Of a DNA stretch of 64,000 nt, positions 52,044 to 64,000 are shown one piece after another. The translations under genes were made by a program, and so were the position numbers. Where the stretch lies: the NCBI GenBank assembly GCA_951406725.2, contig OX597836.1, positions 29,264,001-29,328,000 of the forward strand. Direction: 5' to 3'. The notes beneath the pieces are model-generated. The model was not told the DNA's origin and ran no database searches. It saw only the letters and a program-made list of their open reading frames with translations. The number at the start of each line of letters is the position of its first letter. Position 1 is the first letter of the stretch. This DNA comes from Octopus vulgaris. Lineage: Eukaryota.

Positions 52044-53119
52044 TATACATATATACATATAAATATACACACACATGCACACACTACAGTACCAGGAGTC
52101 AGTTCACAACACCATTACTTCAAAGAATTCCTGAAGAAGGGGTCCTAACTAGGAAATACTGAAACAGATGGTAAAAAAGCAAACCATTGGCTTGTATTAT
52201 TTTATTATAAATTATAAATTGTATTGTTTTGGCTTTACAAAAAATTAAAAATTAAAAGCAACTACACACACACACACATGCACACACACATGCACACACA
52301 CACACACACATGCACACACACACACTCATACACACACACTCACATATATATATATGATGAAGCTGTGTTTTTCAATAAATGCATTTTTTTCCTGCTGTTA
52401 AAAGTACATGCTATGGATAAAACATGTTTTCTCTCTGTGGCCAGAAAAGAAAACAAAAGAGAAAAATTAACCTAGTTTCAAATATCGACCTAGTTACAGC
52501 GTTTAAGCTTCAGAAAAACGGATCAGCCTAAATTTTATGTTTTATATCACATGGATCTCTTTCCCTGGTCAGAAATGAAAAAACATTTTTAGCTATTTCA
52601 TATTAAAATGTAGTACCTTTTCCCAATGGTGCTATAAATATATACATGTGGGGATGTCTATATAAATAGATATACCCATGTATATCTATTCATATATGGA
52701 TACATATTCACTTCTAACTAACATTCTTAGCCTAGGTCTAATCAACATTTAAGAGAATGTATTTATTTTATATATAGTCCCCAAATCTCAATATTATTGA
52801 GCATTTATGGTGCATTTATGGTAAGATCTGATTTGTTAATTAGCCACACGTTTTGTAATAGTTTCAGATATTTATATTGTTTAAGATTTTAGGTGATGGC
52901 ATCTCAAAACTTCAATTTGTTGGCATCATTAAGGTTGAAACTGTCAGTGTCACTATAAACCAGTGGTATATAAAGCGCCCACAGACAAAATTTCAAATCT
53001 GTATGTAAAAAATTTACAAAGTTACAAGCAAATATTGTGGAGACCCCTCTTGAACCTGAATAATTCAAAATAATGTGAACAAATAAGCATTACATTTGAC
53101 AGATTAATATGAACTCTAA

Positions 53120-53155
<36 letters not shown>

Positions 53156-53157
<2 letters not shown>

Positions 53158-53412
53158 AAATAAGCAACAAGAATGATTCCGGTAATTTGGTATGATCGTT
53201 TCGTACTACATCATTTTATTAAATGTTGTAAATATTACAACAGATTTACGATGCTGAGTACTCATCAGCCAACTATAGAGGTTTTCCATTAATACAAAAA
53301 TTTTCAAATCAAGTGGCAACATTATAGAGAAGGTAGATATATAGACAAAGATGTGGATTTAAATGTTAAGAACATATGAGGTAGTAGAGTCCACTGACTG
53401 ACTAAAATCAGG

Positions 53413-53420
<8 letters not shown>
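53156..53420 (-). mobile_element. Short probable Penelope-like element remnant embedded between (TA)n tracts
   Basis: Carries the hammerhead motif; flanked on both sides by TA microsatellites. Confidence 0.5.
53187..53272 (-). ncRNA. Minimal type I hammerhead ribozyme motif, Penelope-like type (one core-adjacent substitution)
   Basis: Minus strand: ttgg-CTGATGA-gtact...agtac-GAAAC-GATC-ATA-ccaa. Stem I ttgg/ccaa, stem II gtact/agtac with a long extension, palindromic tetraloop GATC in place of stem III. Confidence 0.7.
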
Positions 53421-53464
<44 letters not shown>

Positions 53465-53974
53465 GATGGGCTTCTTACAGCTTTCATCTACTAAATCCAC
53501 TCACAAGGCTTTGGTCAGCCTGAGGTTATAGTAGAAGACACTTGCCCAAGGTGTTACGCAGTGGGACTGAACCTACAACCATGTGGTTGGGAAGCAAGCT
53601 TCTTACCACACAGCCATGCCTTTTTCCATATATAAGCCCTCTGTTGGTGAAGGTTTCCCATGTATTTGCACTTACAAAGTTCCTATCAAGTATAAAAAGT
53701 TGTACAAGATTTTGTTTCTCCAATAGAAAACATTCAACTGCCCTTGCTGTGAGTTTTCCCCTCTCTCCTCTTTATGCCATTGCAAGTTGTTCAATGAAAA
53801 GGCGATGTTTGATGTAGCTTGACCCCATTATAATCACAAATGAACTCAGAAAGCAAAAAAGCTTGCAGTAATTGTATCTCGGTTTAGTTTCATTATGAGT
53901 GAATTAGATAATTTGTTAATAAATATATTTGTAGACGAATAGGTTCTTCCACCACAGCCTGTGATCTTGTTGAC

Positions 53975-54369
53975 AATAATATAATAATATAATAATAATG
54001 AAATTATTGTATACAGTGCTCAGGTGCACCACAACTTGTCAGACAGTGCGTATAAAGTACATGCAGTAATGTAAAAATGTCTGGAAAGCGAACAATGTAT
54101 GAGTCAGATACATGCCTGTGTGTGTATGGAGGGGAGAAAATCAGGTGTAGTGTTGGCGAATCTCAGAAAGCATGGAAGTTTTGAAGGATGCAGTGCTCCG
54201 ACAACTAACAACTGATGCCGGGCAACACTCAGCGTGAAAAAATGTTTCCTAAAGTCATGGGAGCTGTGCTGTTTTCTGACTTTGTAAATATGTCCACGGG
54301 TGTTAGATGGGTGGAGTTTGAAAAGGTGCTCAGAGTTATTGTTTGTATGATGGTTGATAATTTTATGGG
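53975..54369 (-). mobile_element. CR1-clade LINE 3' fragment, same family, inverted
   Basis: Reverse complement of the same 3' end including the tail. Confidence 0.9.
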
Positions 54370-54546
54370 CCTTTCTGTAATTTTTCCATGTAAGCACACA
54401 CTCCTAGACCTTGTCTTTTTGTTTTGAGTCTGCTTGGGAGATTTCTCGTGTTGTGTTATTTATATTTACATAATGCGCTTGAGGAGTCCTATTCAGTCAA
54501 GTACATCAACATTAAATAAAAATCAAATGGAAATTGTAGTTGTGAT

Positions 54547-55032
54547 ATTTGCCATATTCTGAACACCTTACTTCCCTGGGCATGGACACATTGAAACTCC
54601 GACGTCTGGCAGCTGACTTGGCAGACACCCATAGAATTATTAACCATCGCACAAACAATAACTCTGAGCACCTTTTCAAACTCCACCTGTCTAACACCCG
54701 TGGACATATTTACAAAGTCAGAAAACAGCACAGCTCCCATGACTTTAGGAAACATTTTTTCACACTGAGAGTTGCTGAAGCATGGAACAAACTGCCAGCA
54801 TCAGTTGTTAGTTGTCGGAGCACTGTATCCTTCAAAACTTCCATGCTTTCTGAGATTCGCCAACACTACACCTGATTTTCTCCCCTCCATACACACACAA
54901 GCATGTATCTGACTCATACATTATTTGCTTTCCAGACATTTGTACATTACTGCATATACTTTATACGCACTGTCTGACAAGTTGTGGTGCACCTGAGCAC
55001 TGTATACAATAATTTCATTATTATTATTATTA
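54547..55032 (+). mobile_element. CR1-clade LINE 3' fragment, same family as 56222-57156
   Basis: Near-identical to 56677-57156, with (ATT)n tail. Confidence 0.9.
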
Positions 55033-55718
55033 TACCCGTGCCAGTGGCATGTAAAAAGTACTATCTGAACGTGGCTGATGCCAATGCTGCCTTAACTGAC
55101 TTCCGTGCCGGTGGCACGTAAAAAGCACCAACCGATCATGGCCGTTGTTAGCCTCCCCTGGCACGTAAAAAGTACCCACTACACTGACGAAGTGGTTGGC
55201 GTTAGGAAAGGCATCCAGCTGTAGAAACACTGCCAGATCAGACTGGAGCCTGGTGCAACCTCCTGGCTTCCCAGACCCCGGTCAAACCGTCCAACCCATG
55301 CTAGCATGGAAAAACAGATGTTAAACAATGATAATGAATGTATGTCTGTGTATGTGTGTGTTCATGCATGTGTATGATTTTTTAATTTGGTTGGAGGTGC
55401 TGTAGTGCATACGATGGCGAATGCCAAAATGCATGTGTGCGTGTATGTGTGTGTACGAACGTGTGAGTGTGAGTGTGTTACGTGTACCATGTGTGCTGGT
55501 AGCAGAAGTGGGGTTTGTTATAATCAAACTTTGGGCTTCTGACTTCATTATGTCCACACATATTTATACGGGTGTATGTAGGTAGGTCTGTAGGTGTATA
55601 TATGTACACACACACATATATTCGTACATACTCATATGTGTGTGTGTGTATGTATATATATATACATATGCATATACATATATAGATATATATGCATATA
55701 TATATATATATATATATA

Positions 55719-56078
55719 TCTATATATATAAATGGCAAAATGTCTGTGTGTGTGTCCTTTATACAAATCCAGTTTTTCAGTTAGAGGGCTCGCACTTTCT
55801 ATGGTCATTCAAAACCGTCCAAGGGTGGTCGTGCACATCTTTACATTTCCCCAGTCACCCCGCAAAGCCATTAAAAAATCAATAGAAATGACTTTCTTGT
55901 GAATTTTCTATCCAAAACCCAAACAAAATACCCGAAACTTGATACGCCAATTGAATGCCAGCTAGCTGTATGTGATTGGTCAGAGATTTGGACAGTACTC
56001 GCATGTATGTGCACACGCACACAGCTGTATATGCATGCCCTAGCACTATGACCTGGCAACGCCAGGTCATAGAGCTAG
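55719..56078 (+). mobile_element. Non-autonomous Helitron (second family)
   Basis: A/TCTATATATATAAATGG 5' end; perfect 12-bp hairpin CTATGACCTGGC-AAC-GCCAGGTCATAG (56046-56072); CTAG/T 3' end. Confidence 0.88.
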
Positions 56079-56221
56079 TATATATATATATATATTTGCT
56101 AGTATATATATATATATATATGTATTTGAAAAAATGAATACAAATGGCTTTTCTGATAATTTTTCCACTTTAAATAATTAAATGTTTAGAGAAGGTGACT
56201 CTGATACACACACACACTAAT

Positions 56222-57156
56222 ATAAAGAGGTCAAATCCTGTACACTATAGATCTCTATTGCAAGCAGACCTGGACACAATGCAGCAGTGGATCATGGACT
56301 GGCAACTCAAGCTGGCTGTGGACAAATGTACCACCATGCATTTTGGGAGGAGAAACCCAGCCTCCACCTACTCCCTCCACAACACTAGTCTCAAAAAGTC
56401 TTCATGTGAACGTGACCTGGGTGTTATTGTCAACAGTGATTTGCGTTGGACAAAACACATCGCTAAAATTGTCAAGAAGGCTGAGGGTGTCTTGGCATCA
56501 CTCACCAAATCCTTTGTGAGCCACTCTCCGGCTATCTATCTGCGGCTTTATATAGCTATGGTAAGACCTCACCTGGAATTTGCATCACCGGTCTGGAACC
56601 CCCATCTTGCCCAGGATATCAATCGTCTGGAAGCTGTTCAGCGACGTGCAACCGAAAGAATACCCTCCATCAGGCATTTGCCATATCCTGAACGCCTTAC
56701 TTCCCTGGGCATGGACACATTGAAACTCCGACGTCTGGCAGCTGACTTGGCAGACACCCATAAAATTATCAACCATCGCACAAACAATAACTCTGAGCAC
56801 CTTTTCAAACTCCACCCATCTAACACCCATGGACATATTTACAAAGTAAGAAAACAGCACAGCTCCCATGACTTCAGGAAACATTTTTTCACGCTGAGAG
56901 TTGCTGAAGCATGGAACAAACTGCCGGCATCGGTTGTTAGTTGTCGGAGCACTGCATCCTTCAAAACTTCCATGCTTCCTGAGATTCGCCAACACTACAC
57001 TTGATTTTCTCCCCTCCATACACACACAAGCATGTATCTGACTCATACATTATTCGCTTTCCAGACATTTCTACTTTACTGCATGTACTTTATATGCACT
57101 TTCTGACAAGTTGTGGTGCACCTGAGCACTGTATACAATAATTTCATTATTATTAT
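56222..57156 (+). mobile_element. CR1-clade LINE 3' end (RT C-terminus plus 3'UTR with (ATT)n tail)
   Basis: ORF 56195..57004 has LQADLD..W..WQL...KC, ERDLGV, VRPHLEFASPVWNP, LEAVQRRAT, RKHFFTLRV..WNKLP. Confidence 0.92.
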
Positions 57157-58195
57157 TTTTTATCTGTTGTTGCTTTGTTATTCTCATAAGTGATTCATGG
57201 CTTGTCATTAAATTTTTTTTTTAACATGTCCATTGATCCATGTCAATACTGACTCTAATTGGCATGTCTTTTCACAAATATTTATACGTAATTACCTTTA
57301 CACCCCCACCCCACCCCCCACACATGCAATCAGATAGCTACGAATACACCCATGTAAGCTTGAACACAGGTATGCAGACATGCACAGGTATATCAAGTGT
57401 CTTCTTTTAGCTTTAACTCGTTTTGGTTATTGAACTGTGGCCATGCTGGAGTATTGTCCTGAAGGGTTTTAGTTGAATGAATCAACTCCAGTATTTATGA
57501 ATCAATCCCAGGTATGGCTGGGTGGCAATAAGCTTGCTCTCCAACCACATGGTTCAATCCCATTGCATGACACATTGGGAAAGTGCCTTCTATTATAGAC
57601 TCAGGCTGACCAAAGCCTTGCGAGTGGATTTGATAGACAGAAACTGAAGGAAGCCCATTATGTGTATATATATATATATATATATATAGTGCTTGTGCCA
57701 CATAAAAAGCACTAAATCCACTCTGCTGAGTGCTTGGTGTTAGGAAGGGCATCCAGCTGTAAAAATCCTGCTAAAACAGTCACAAAAGTCTGGTGCAAGC
57801 TTCTGTCTGGCCAGCACTTGTGAAACTGTCCCATCCATGCTAGAATGGAAGGTGGACGTTAAATGATGATGATGATGTTGATTATGATGATGATGATGTT
57901 GATGATGATGATGATGTTGATGATGATGATATGTGTGTGTGTGTGTGTGTACTCTTTTACTTGTTCCAGCCATTTGACTGCAGCCATGCTGGAGCACCGC
58001 CTTTAGTCGAAGAAATCGAGCCCAGGACTTATTCATTGTAAGCCTAGTACTTATTCTGTCGGGCCCTTTTACCGAACTGCTAAGTTATGGGGACGTAAAC
58101 ACACCAACATCGGTTGTCAAGTGACGTTGGGGGACAAACACACATGCACACACACACACATACATACACACACACATATATACATGCATACACTA

Positions 58196-58230
<35 letters not shown>

Positions 58231-58579
58231 CATGCCAGTGCCAACTGACTGGCTCCTGTGCAGTGGAATGCAAAAGACATCATTCGAGCATGGTTGATGC
58301 CAGTGCCGCCTGACTAGCTACTGTGCCGGTATCATGTAAAAAACACCATTTGAGCGTGGTCGATGCCAGAACTGTCTGACTGGACCTCGTGCCGGTGGCA
58401 CATAAAAAGCACCCACTACACTCTGAGTGGTTTCGCATTAGGAAGGGCATCCAGCTATAGAAACTTTACCAGATCAGATTGGAGCCTGGAGCAGCCTTCT
58501 GACTTGCCAGCCCTTAGTCACACCATCCAACCCATGCCAGCATGGAAAGCAGACATTAAACGATGACGATGATGATGAT

Positions 58580-58583
58580 GCAT

Positions 58584-58641
<58 letters not shown>

Positions 58642-58683
58642 GCATATCTATCTATCTATATATATATATAAATATGTAAATAA

Positions 58684-58714
<31 letters not shown>

Positions 58715-58808
58715 TATATATATATAACATACACATATATAAATATACATACATATACATACATATATACACATATATATACATATATATACATACATAT
58801 ATATATAC

Positions 58809-58841
<33 letters not shown>

Positions 58842-58914
58842 CATACATATATATATACATACATTTATATATATATACACATACATATACATACATATGT
58901 ATATATACACACAT

Positions 58915-58975
<61 letters not shown>

Positions 58976-58978
58976 AAT

Positions 58979-59010
<32 letters not shown>
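58580..59010. repeat. (TA)n/(CA)n/(TACA)n microsatellite block
   Basis: Direct reading. Confidence 0.95.
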
Positions 59011-59011
<1 letters not shown>

Positions 59012-59029
59012 ATTAATAATCGGCAAAAA

Positions 59030-59480
59030 AGACATAGTGCCTGAAGGGCGAGAGTTTCGTATATTTGCACTCAAATATATACGTATAAATGCGTGCGTAT
59101 ATAAATATGTATACACACACCTATATATATACATATATATACCTACATATGTGTGTGTGTGTGTGTATTCTATGTATATATGCTGTAATTGCCTGTATAT
59201 TTGTGTTACACGTCACCAGGTCACGTGGTAGTTGTACCGAAGCCATGTTGAAATGTTTCTGGTGTTGGAGTTTGTCAGTGATCCGTTGTAGTTTTGTAGA
59301 CACATTCATGGTAGGCAGAGAGAGCGAGAGAGTTTCTCGAACACACACACACACCTCCTATCTTTCTCCTCGCTGGCCTTCTGTTTTTTTTCCTCCTCAT
59401 TTAAAAACCAACTAGCTTTCATTGAACCGAAAATCAACAACATCAACAACAATTAACGTCGACGTCTCAAAAAAAAAAAC
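59030..59480 (+). promoter_or_regulatory. Putative AP3D1 promoter/TSS region with E-box GGTCACGTGG (59219-59228), CRE/ATF-like CACGTCA (59209-59215) and YY1-like GCCATGTT (59242-59249)
   Basis: Largely non-repetitive, CpG-retaining stretch about 0.8 kb upstream of the ATG, with clustered motifs read directly. Promoter function is inferred. Confidence 0.55.
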
Positions 59481-59848
59481 ACCGCGACATCTTTATAGTT
59501 TTTGTTATTTATTATTCTACTTATATTAAATTCACTTGGACTTTTTTTACGGAAGCTTGGCTTTGGGGTTCGATTACCGATTCATCTTTCCCATCAAGAA
59601 AATATGTTGCAGTAAGAGAGAGAAGGACGGAAAGTATTATACACCTCCTATATATATATCCATATATATATCTGTGCTACATACATTATACGTAACAATA
59701 TGTATGAAAATAACATCAACCAAAGAAACACCCCTTTTTAAAAAATAGGACATCGTATGGATACGCGATTATAGAATTATATAAATGATCGCTTAAAGCC
59801 GCAAAAAAATACCCATCCACCTCAGCACTGATTTATATATACATACAT

Positions 59849-59888
<40 letters not shown>

Positions 59889-60081
59889 GTATATGTATGT
59901 ACCTCATGTATTGAGTTCTTCTTTCTGTTTGCACCTCTCCAAGCATATTTAATATATTATATATGATATAAAAAATATATATATATACACCCCCCTCCCA
60001 TAAATATATATATATACACATATATATATATATTATATATTATATATATTAGATGAGAAAATAGTCAAACATTTTTAAGTG

Positions 60082-60177
60082 ATGGCGTTAAAAAAGGTAA
60101 AAGGAACTCTGGAAAGAGTTTTGGACAAAAATTTACAGGACCTCGTTCGTGGAATTCGTAATCACAAGGAAAATGAG
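60082..60177 (+). CDS. AP3D1: AP-3 complex subunit delta, first coding exon (MALKKVKGTLERVLDKNLQDLVRGIRNHKENE)
   Basis: Closely matches the remembered human AP3D1 N-terminus MALKMVKGSIDRMFDKNLQDLVRGIRNHKEDE; 96 nt then phase-0 donor gtaagg. Rest of gene lies beyond the window. Confidence 0.95.
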
Positions 60178-60190
60178 GTAAGGAGACATT

Positions 60191-60241
<51 letters not shown>

Positions 60242-60569
60242 TGTATATTTTAATTGTATTTTTAATTATTTCGTTAGCATTTGTGGTTTATGTGTTATGG
60301 TGATTGATAATATGATAAAGTAATAAACACACTCAATCGTTAAGTTTTAACTTGTTGGATTTGGTTTGGTTTGGTTTGGTTTTCGGGGGTGGTGGTTAAT
60401 GATAATGATGACTGATCACATTTAAGTAATCGTAGAAGGAAGTTTTGGATGTTATAGCAGGAAATCACACATATGTACATGTCTGCATATGTATATAGAT
60501 GTGTGTGTGTCTGTACGTATATGTATGTATATATATGTTCGATTTCTCTTTTTAATTGAGAGTAAATTT

Positions 60570-61635
60570 TGACCGGCCACCTACTTGGTAGCAAGGTTGT
60601 GTAGGAAAGTATCTTGATTTAACCATCATCCTTTAAATCTTAAAAAGATCTTGCATATTTTTTATAGTCCCAGGTATTATGATCATTTTGTAGCATATGA
60701 AATTCAGGATTTGCATTCCAAGATCAGCCATACTTTGCTCCAGACGGATTGATACGTATCCTGTTGCTTCCATAATAATAGGTATGAAGCTGAAAATGTA
60801 TCTTGGGTCACTGGATTTGCAAACTCCTTATCAATGATCTATACATGTCCTCAAACCCCTTGTCTTTTTCTAACCACATTTGTGACCAGAAGGCAGCTGA
60901 TTTCCACAACAGTATCTCTCCTTTGTGGTCCCACACAACCATATCTAAGCCGGTTGTGGTTTTAACTTGGTGGCTGTTTTAATTTTCAAGTTCCACCAAT
61001 ATTCTTTTGACCATCGGTCTCAATATGGTCAACCTCGTTTGTAGCTGTTTTCTTTTTTATTATCTTGTTCCAGACTATTCTGGTCACCGCATCATGCCTT
61101 ATGGGAAGACAATATCTCTGCTAGACATTCTCTCTGCCAGATGATATTTGGCAATGATGTGGTTGAATGTCTTCAATCTTGGTCTTGCAAAGCCTATATT
61201 TGTCATCTGTCAACGTCTTCTGCCTTTTTATGTAGTAGGTACTTGGTGTGAAGATCTTGTTTTTGGATTGCATGGATGTGGCCTTCAAAGTGAGATGTCA
61301 TAAACCTGTCGGCACTATATGTCAGGCTTTTGACATGAGCAATCCCTTCCATGGTTTGTGTTTTACGTGTTATGTACCCATGTACTCTCTTCTCAGTGAA
61401 CTGGTCCAAATCCTTTTTTCTGTACTTATAAATAAATTTTACTAATGTATCAGCTTTTCTTTCGTATCTCTCCTCGAGTTCATTAGATATCTTAATCGTG
61501 TTGTTGGTTTCATGGTTACCACCTTGGGCAAGGTAGTTGCTGGTCTCCTCCCTCTGCTGCCGATGTTTCAGCGTCACGGTCCGGGTTTCATATGGCATCA
61601 ACACGGATTTGAGACCGCGGTCACAATCTTTGCGT
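60570..61635 (-). mobile_element. R4/Dong-like non-LTR retrotransposon fragment (zinc finger plus REL endonuclease region) in an AP3D1 intron
   Basis: Minus-strand frames give RKDCDRGLKS, HGY, EGHIHAIQKQDLHTKY, (C>Y)RLCKTKIEDI..HII, LPIRHDAV and EYWWNLKIKT, with frameshifts. Confidence 0.75.
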
Positions 61636-61639
61636 ATAT

Positions 61640-61934
61640 GTATGCATACATGCTTACACACACACCTGTGTGTGTGTGTGTGTGTGTATAGATGTATGTG
61701 TATATGTATGTATATATAAATGTATGTATATATATGTATATAAATGTATGTATATGTATGCATGTATATATATGCATGTATATATATATATGTATATATA
61801 TGTATATATATGTTTGTATGTATATATGTATATCTGTATGTATATATGTTTATATATATATATATATGTATATCTGTATGTACATATGTTTATATATATA
61901 TATATATATATATATCTGTATGTACATATGTTTT

Positions 61935-61973
<39 letters not shown>

Positions 61974-62248
61974 GTATGTTTATATATATGTTTATATGTA
62001 TGTTTATATATATGTTTATATGTATGTTTATATATATGTATATATATATGTATGTTTATATATATGTATATATATATGTATGTTTATATATATGTATATA
62101 TATGTATGTTTATATATATGTATATATATATGTATGTTTATATATATGTATATATATATACGTTTATATATATGTATATATGTATGTGTAAATATAGATG
62201 TATGGGTATGTATATATGTGTGGGTATATATATGTGTATGTATAGATG

Positions 62249-62290
<42 letters not shown>

Positions 62291-62738
62291 TGTATAGATG
62301 TATAGATAATATGTATGCATGTATAGATGTATAGATAATATGTATGCATTTATAGATGTGTGTGCATATATGTACAGATGTGTATGTTTATGTACATATG
62401 TAGAGGTGTATATGTACATATATATGTATATGTAGACGTGTGTGTACTTACATATGTAGAGACATATGTGTACATATACATGTATGTATACTTGTGTGTA
62501 TAGATGATTGTGTACATGTGTATAGATGCATATATATCTGAATAGATGTATATTTATGTATATACAGATGTATATATGTGTGTATGTATACACAGATGTG
62601 TATATATATGTGTATATATATGTAGATGTATATATGTGTGCATGTATATATGTAGTTGTATATATGTCGATGTATATATGTAGATGTATATACATGTGTA
62701 TGTGTATATTTACGTAGATAGATGTGTAAATATATTTG

Positions 62739-62782
<44 letters not shown>

Positions 62783-62785
62783 CAC

Positions 62786-62818
<33 letters not shown>

Positions 62819-62832
62819 TGTGTATGTGTGTG

Positions 62833-62877
<45 letters not shown>

Positions 62878-62961
62878 ATATATATATATATATGTGTATG
62901 TGTGTGTATATGTATATATAATATATATACATACACATATATACACATCTACGAAAATATG

Positions 62962-62993
<32 letters not shown>

Positions 62994-63253
62994 CATCATC
63001 ATATATATATATGGGGACATGACACTCTGAGTAACAGCTTTTGTTATATTTCTGCTGCTTTTAAATAAAGTATATATATAGAGATAGATAGTGTATATAT
63101 GAGAATGTATATTTATATATATACAGATAGATAGTTGTGTATATATGTGTATGTATATATATATATGTATAGATAGATGTGTGTGTGTGTATATATATGT
63201 ATATATAGATAGATGTGTGTGTGTGTGTATATATATGTGTATAGATAGATAGA

Positions 63254-63284
<31 letters not shown>

Positions 63285-64000
63285 GTATAGATAGATAGAT
63301 AGATAGATGTGTGTGTGTATATGTATAGATAGATGTGTGTGCGTATATATATATATATATATATATAGATGTGTATGTATGTATATATATATGTTTATGT
63401 GTATATATATAGATTTAGATATATATATATGTATGTATGTATATATATATGTTTATGTGTATATATATAGATTTAGATATATAGATGTGTATGTATGTAT
63501 ATATATATGTTTATGTGTATATATATAGATTTAGATATATATATATGTATATATATATATGTGTGTGTATATGTATATATATAGATTTAGATATATGTAT
63601 ATGTATGTATATATGTGTGTATATGTATATATATAGATTTAGATATATATATGTGTATGAATATATATATATGTGTGTATATATATAGAGATTTAGATAT
63701 ATATGTGTGTATGTATACATATATGTGTGTATATGTATATGTGTGTATATGTATATATGTGTATGTATATATATATATATAGGTGTAAGTATTAATATAT
63801 ATAGATGTCTATATATATATGTATATCTCTATATATGTATGTGTATGTATATCTATATAGAGGGGTGTATATATGTGCATGTATATCTCTATAGATGTGT
63901 GTATATATAGAGGTGTATATATGTGTGTATGTATATATATATATATATACTTGTATGTATATAAATAGCTGTGTATATATATGTTTATGTATATATAGAT
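61640..64000. repeat. More than 2.3 kb compound (TA)n/(TG)n/(TATG)n/(TAGA)n low-complexity array in an AP3D1 intron
   Basis: Direct reading; source of the spurious Y/I/M/C/V ORFs. Confidence 0.95.

Noticed and set aside
58640-63910. Long ORFs rich in Y/I/M/C/V/H/T
   Set aside because: Translations of TA/CA/TG microsatellites; only 60082-60177 is a real exon, and 61203-61763 is retrotransposon debris.

Overview
AT-rich, repeat-dense animal genomic DNA. The SINE families, huge (TA)n/(CA)n microsatellites and LINE content point to a coleoid cephalopod, most likely Octopus (inference from repeat recognition). Two + strand protein-coding genes can be read. (1) A complete 8-coding-exon ankyrin-repeat gene (ATG 21285 to stop 44219, 394 aa): N-terminal MGQAVSR myristoylation-type motif, about 7 ankyrin repeats, all introns phase 0, and an acidic low-complexity tail. 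(2) The first coding exon of AP-3 complex subunit delta (AP3D1, 60082-60177), with a CpG-containing putative promoter near 59.2 kb that carries a CLEAR-like E-box. The rest is transposon debris: four SINE-like families; CR1, RTE and R4/Dong LINE fragments; Tc1 and rosa/maT-type elements; hAT, piggyBac-, Merlin- and Ginger-like MITEs; and two complete non-autonomous Helitrons. The most notable non-genic signals are a Penelope-type minimal hammerhead ribozyme (minus strand, 53187-53272), an apparently ORF1-only (HAL1-like) gag-knuckle retroposon whose 3' tail is shared with an abundant tRNA SINE, and a 247-bp TGTTG...CAACA fold-back element whose empty site is visible elsewhere in the window. 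Almost all supplied short ORFs are repeat or microsatellite artefacts. Repeat boundaries are approximate unless termini or TSDs are quoted.
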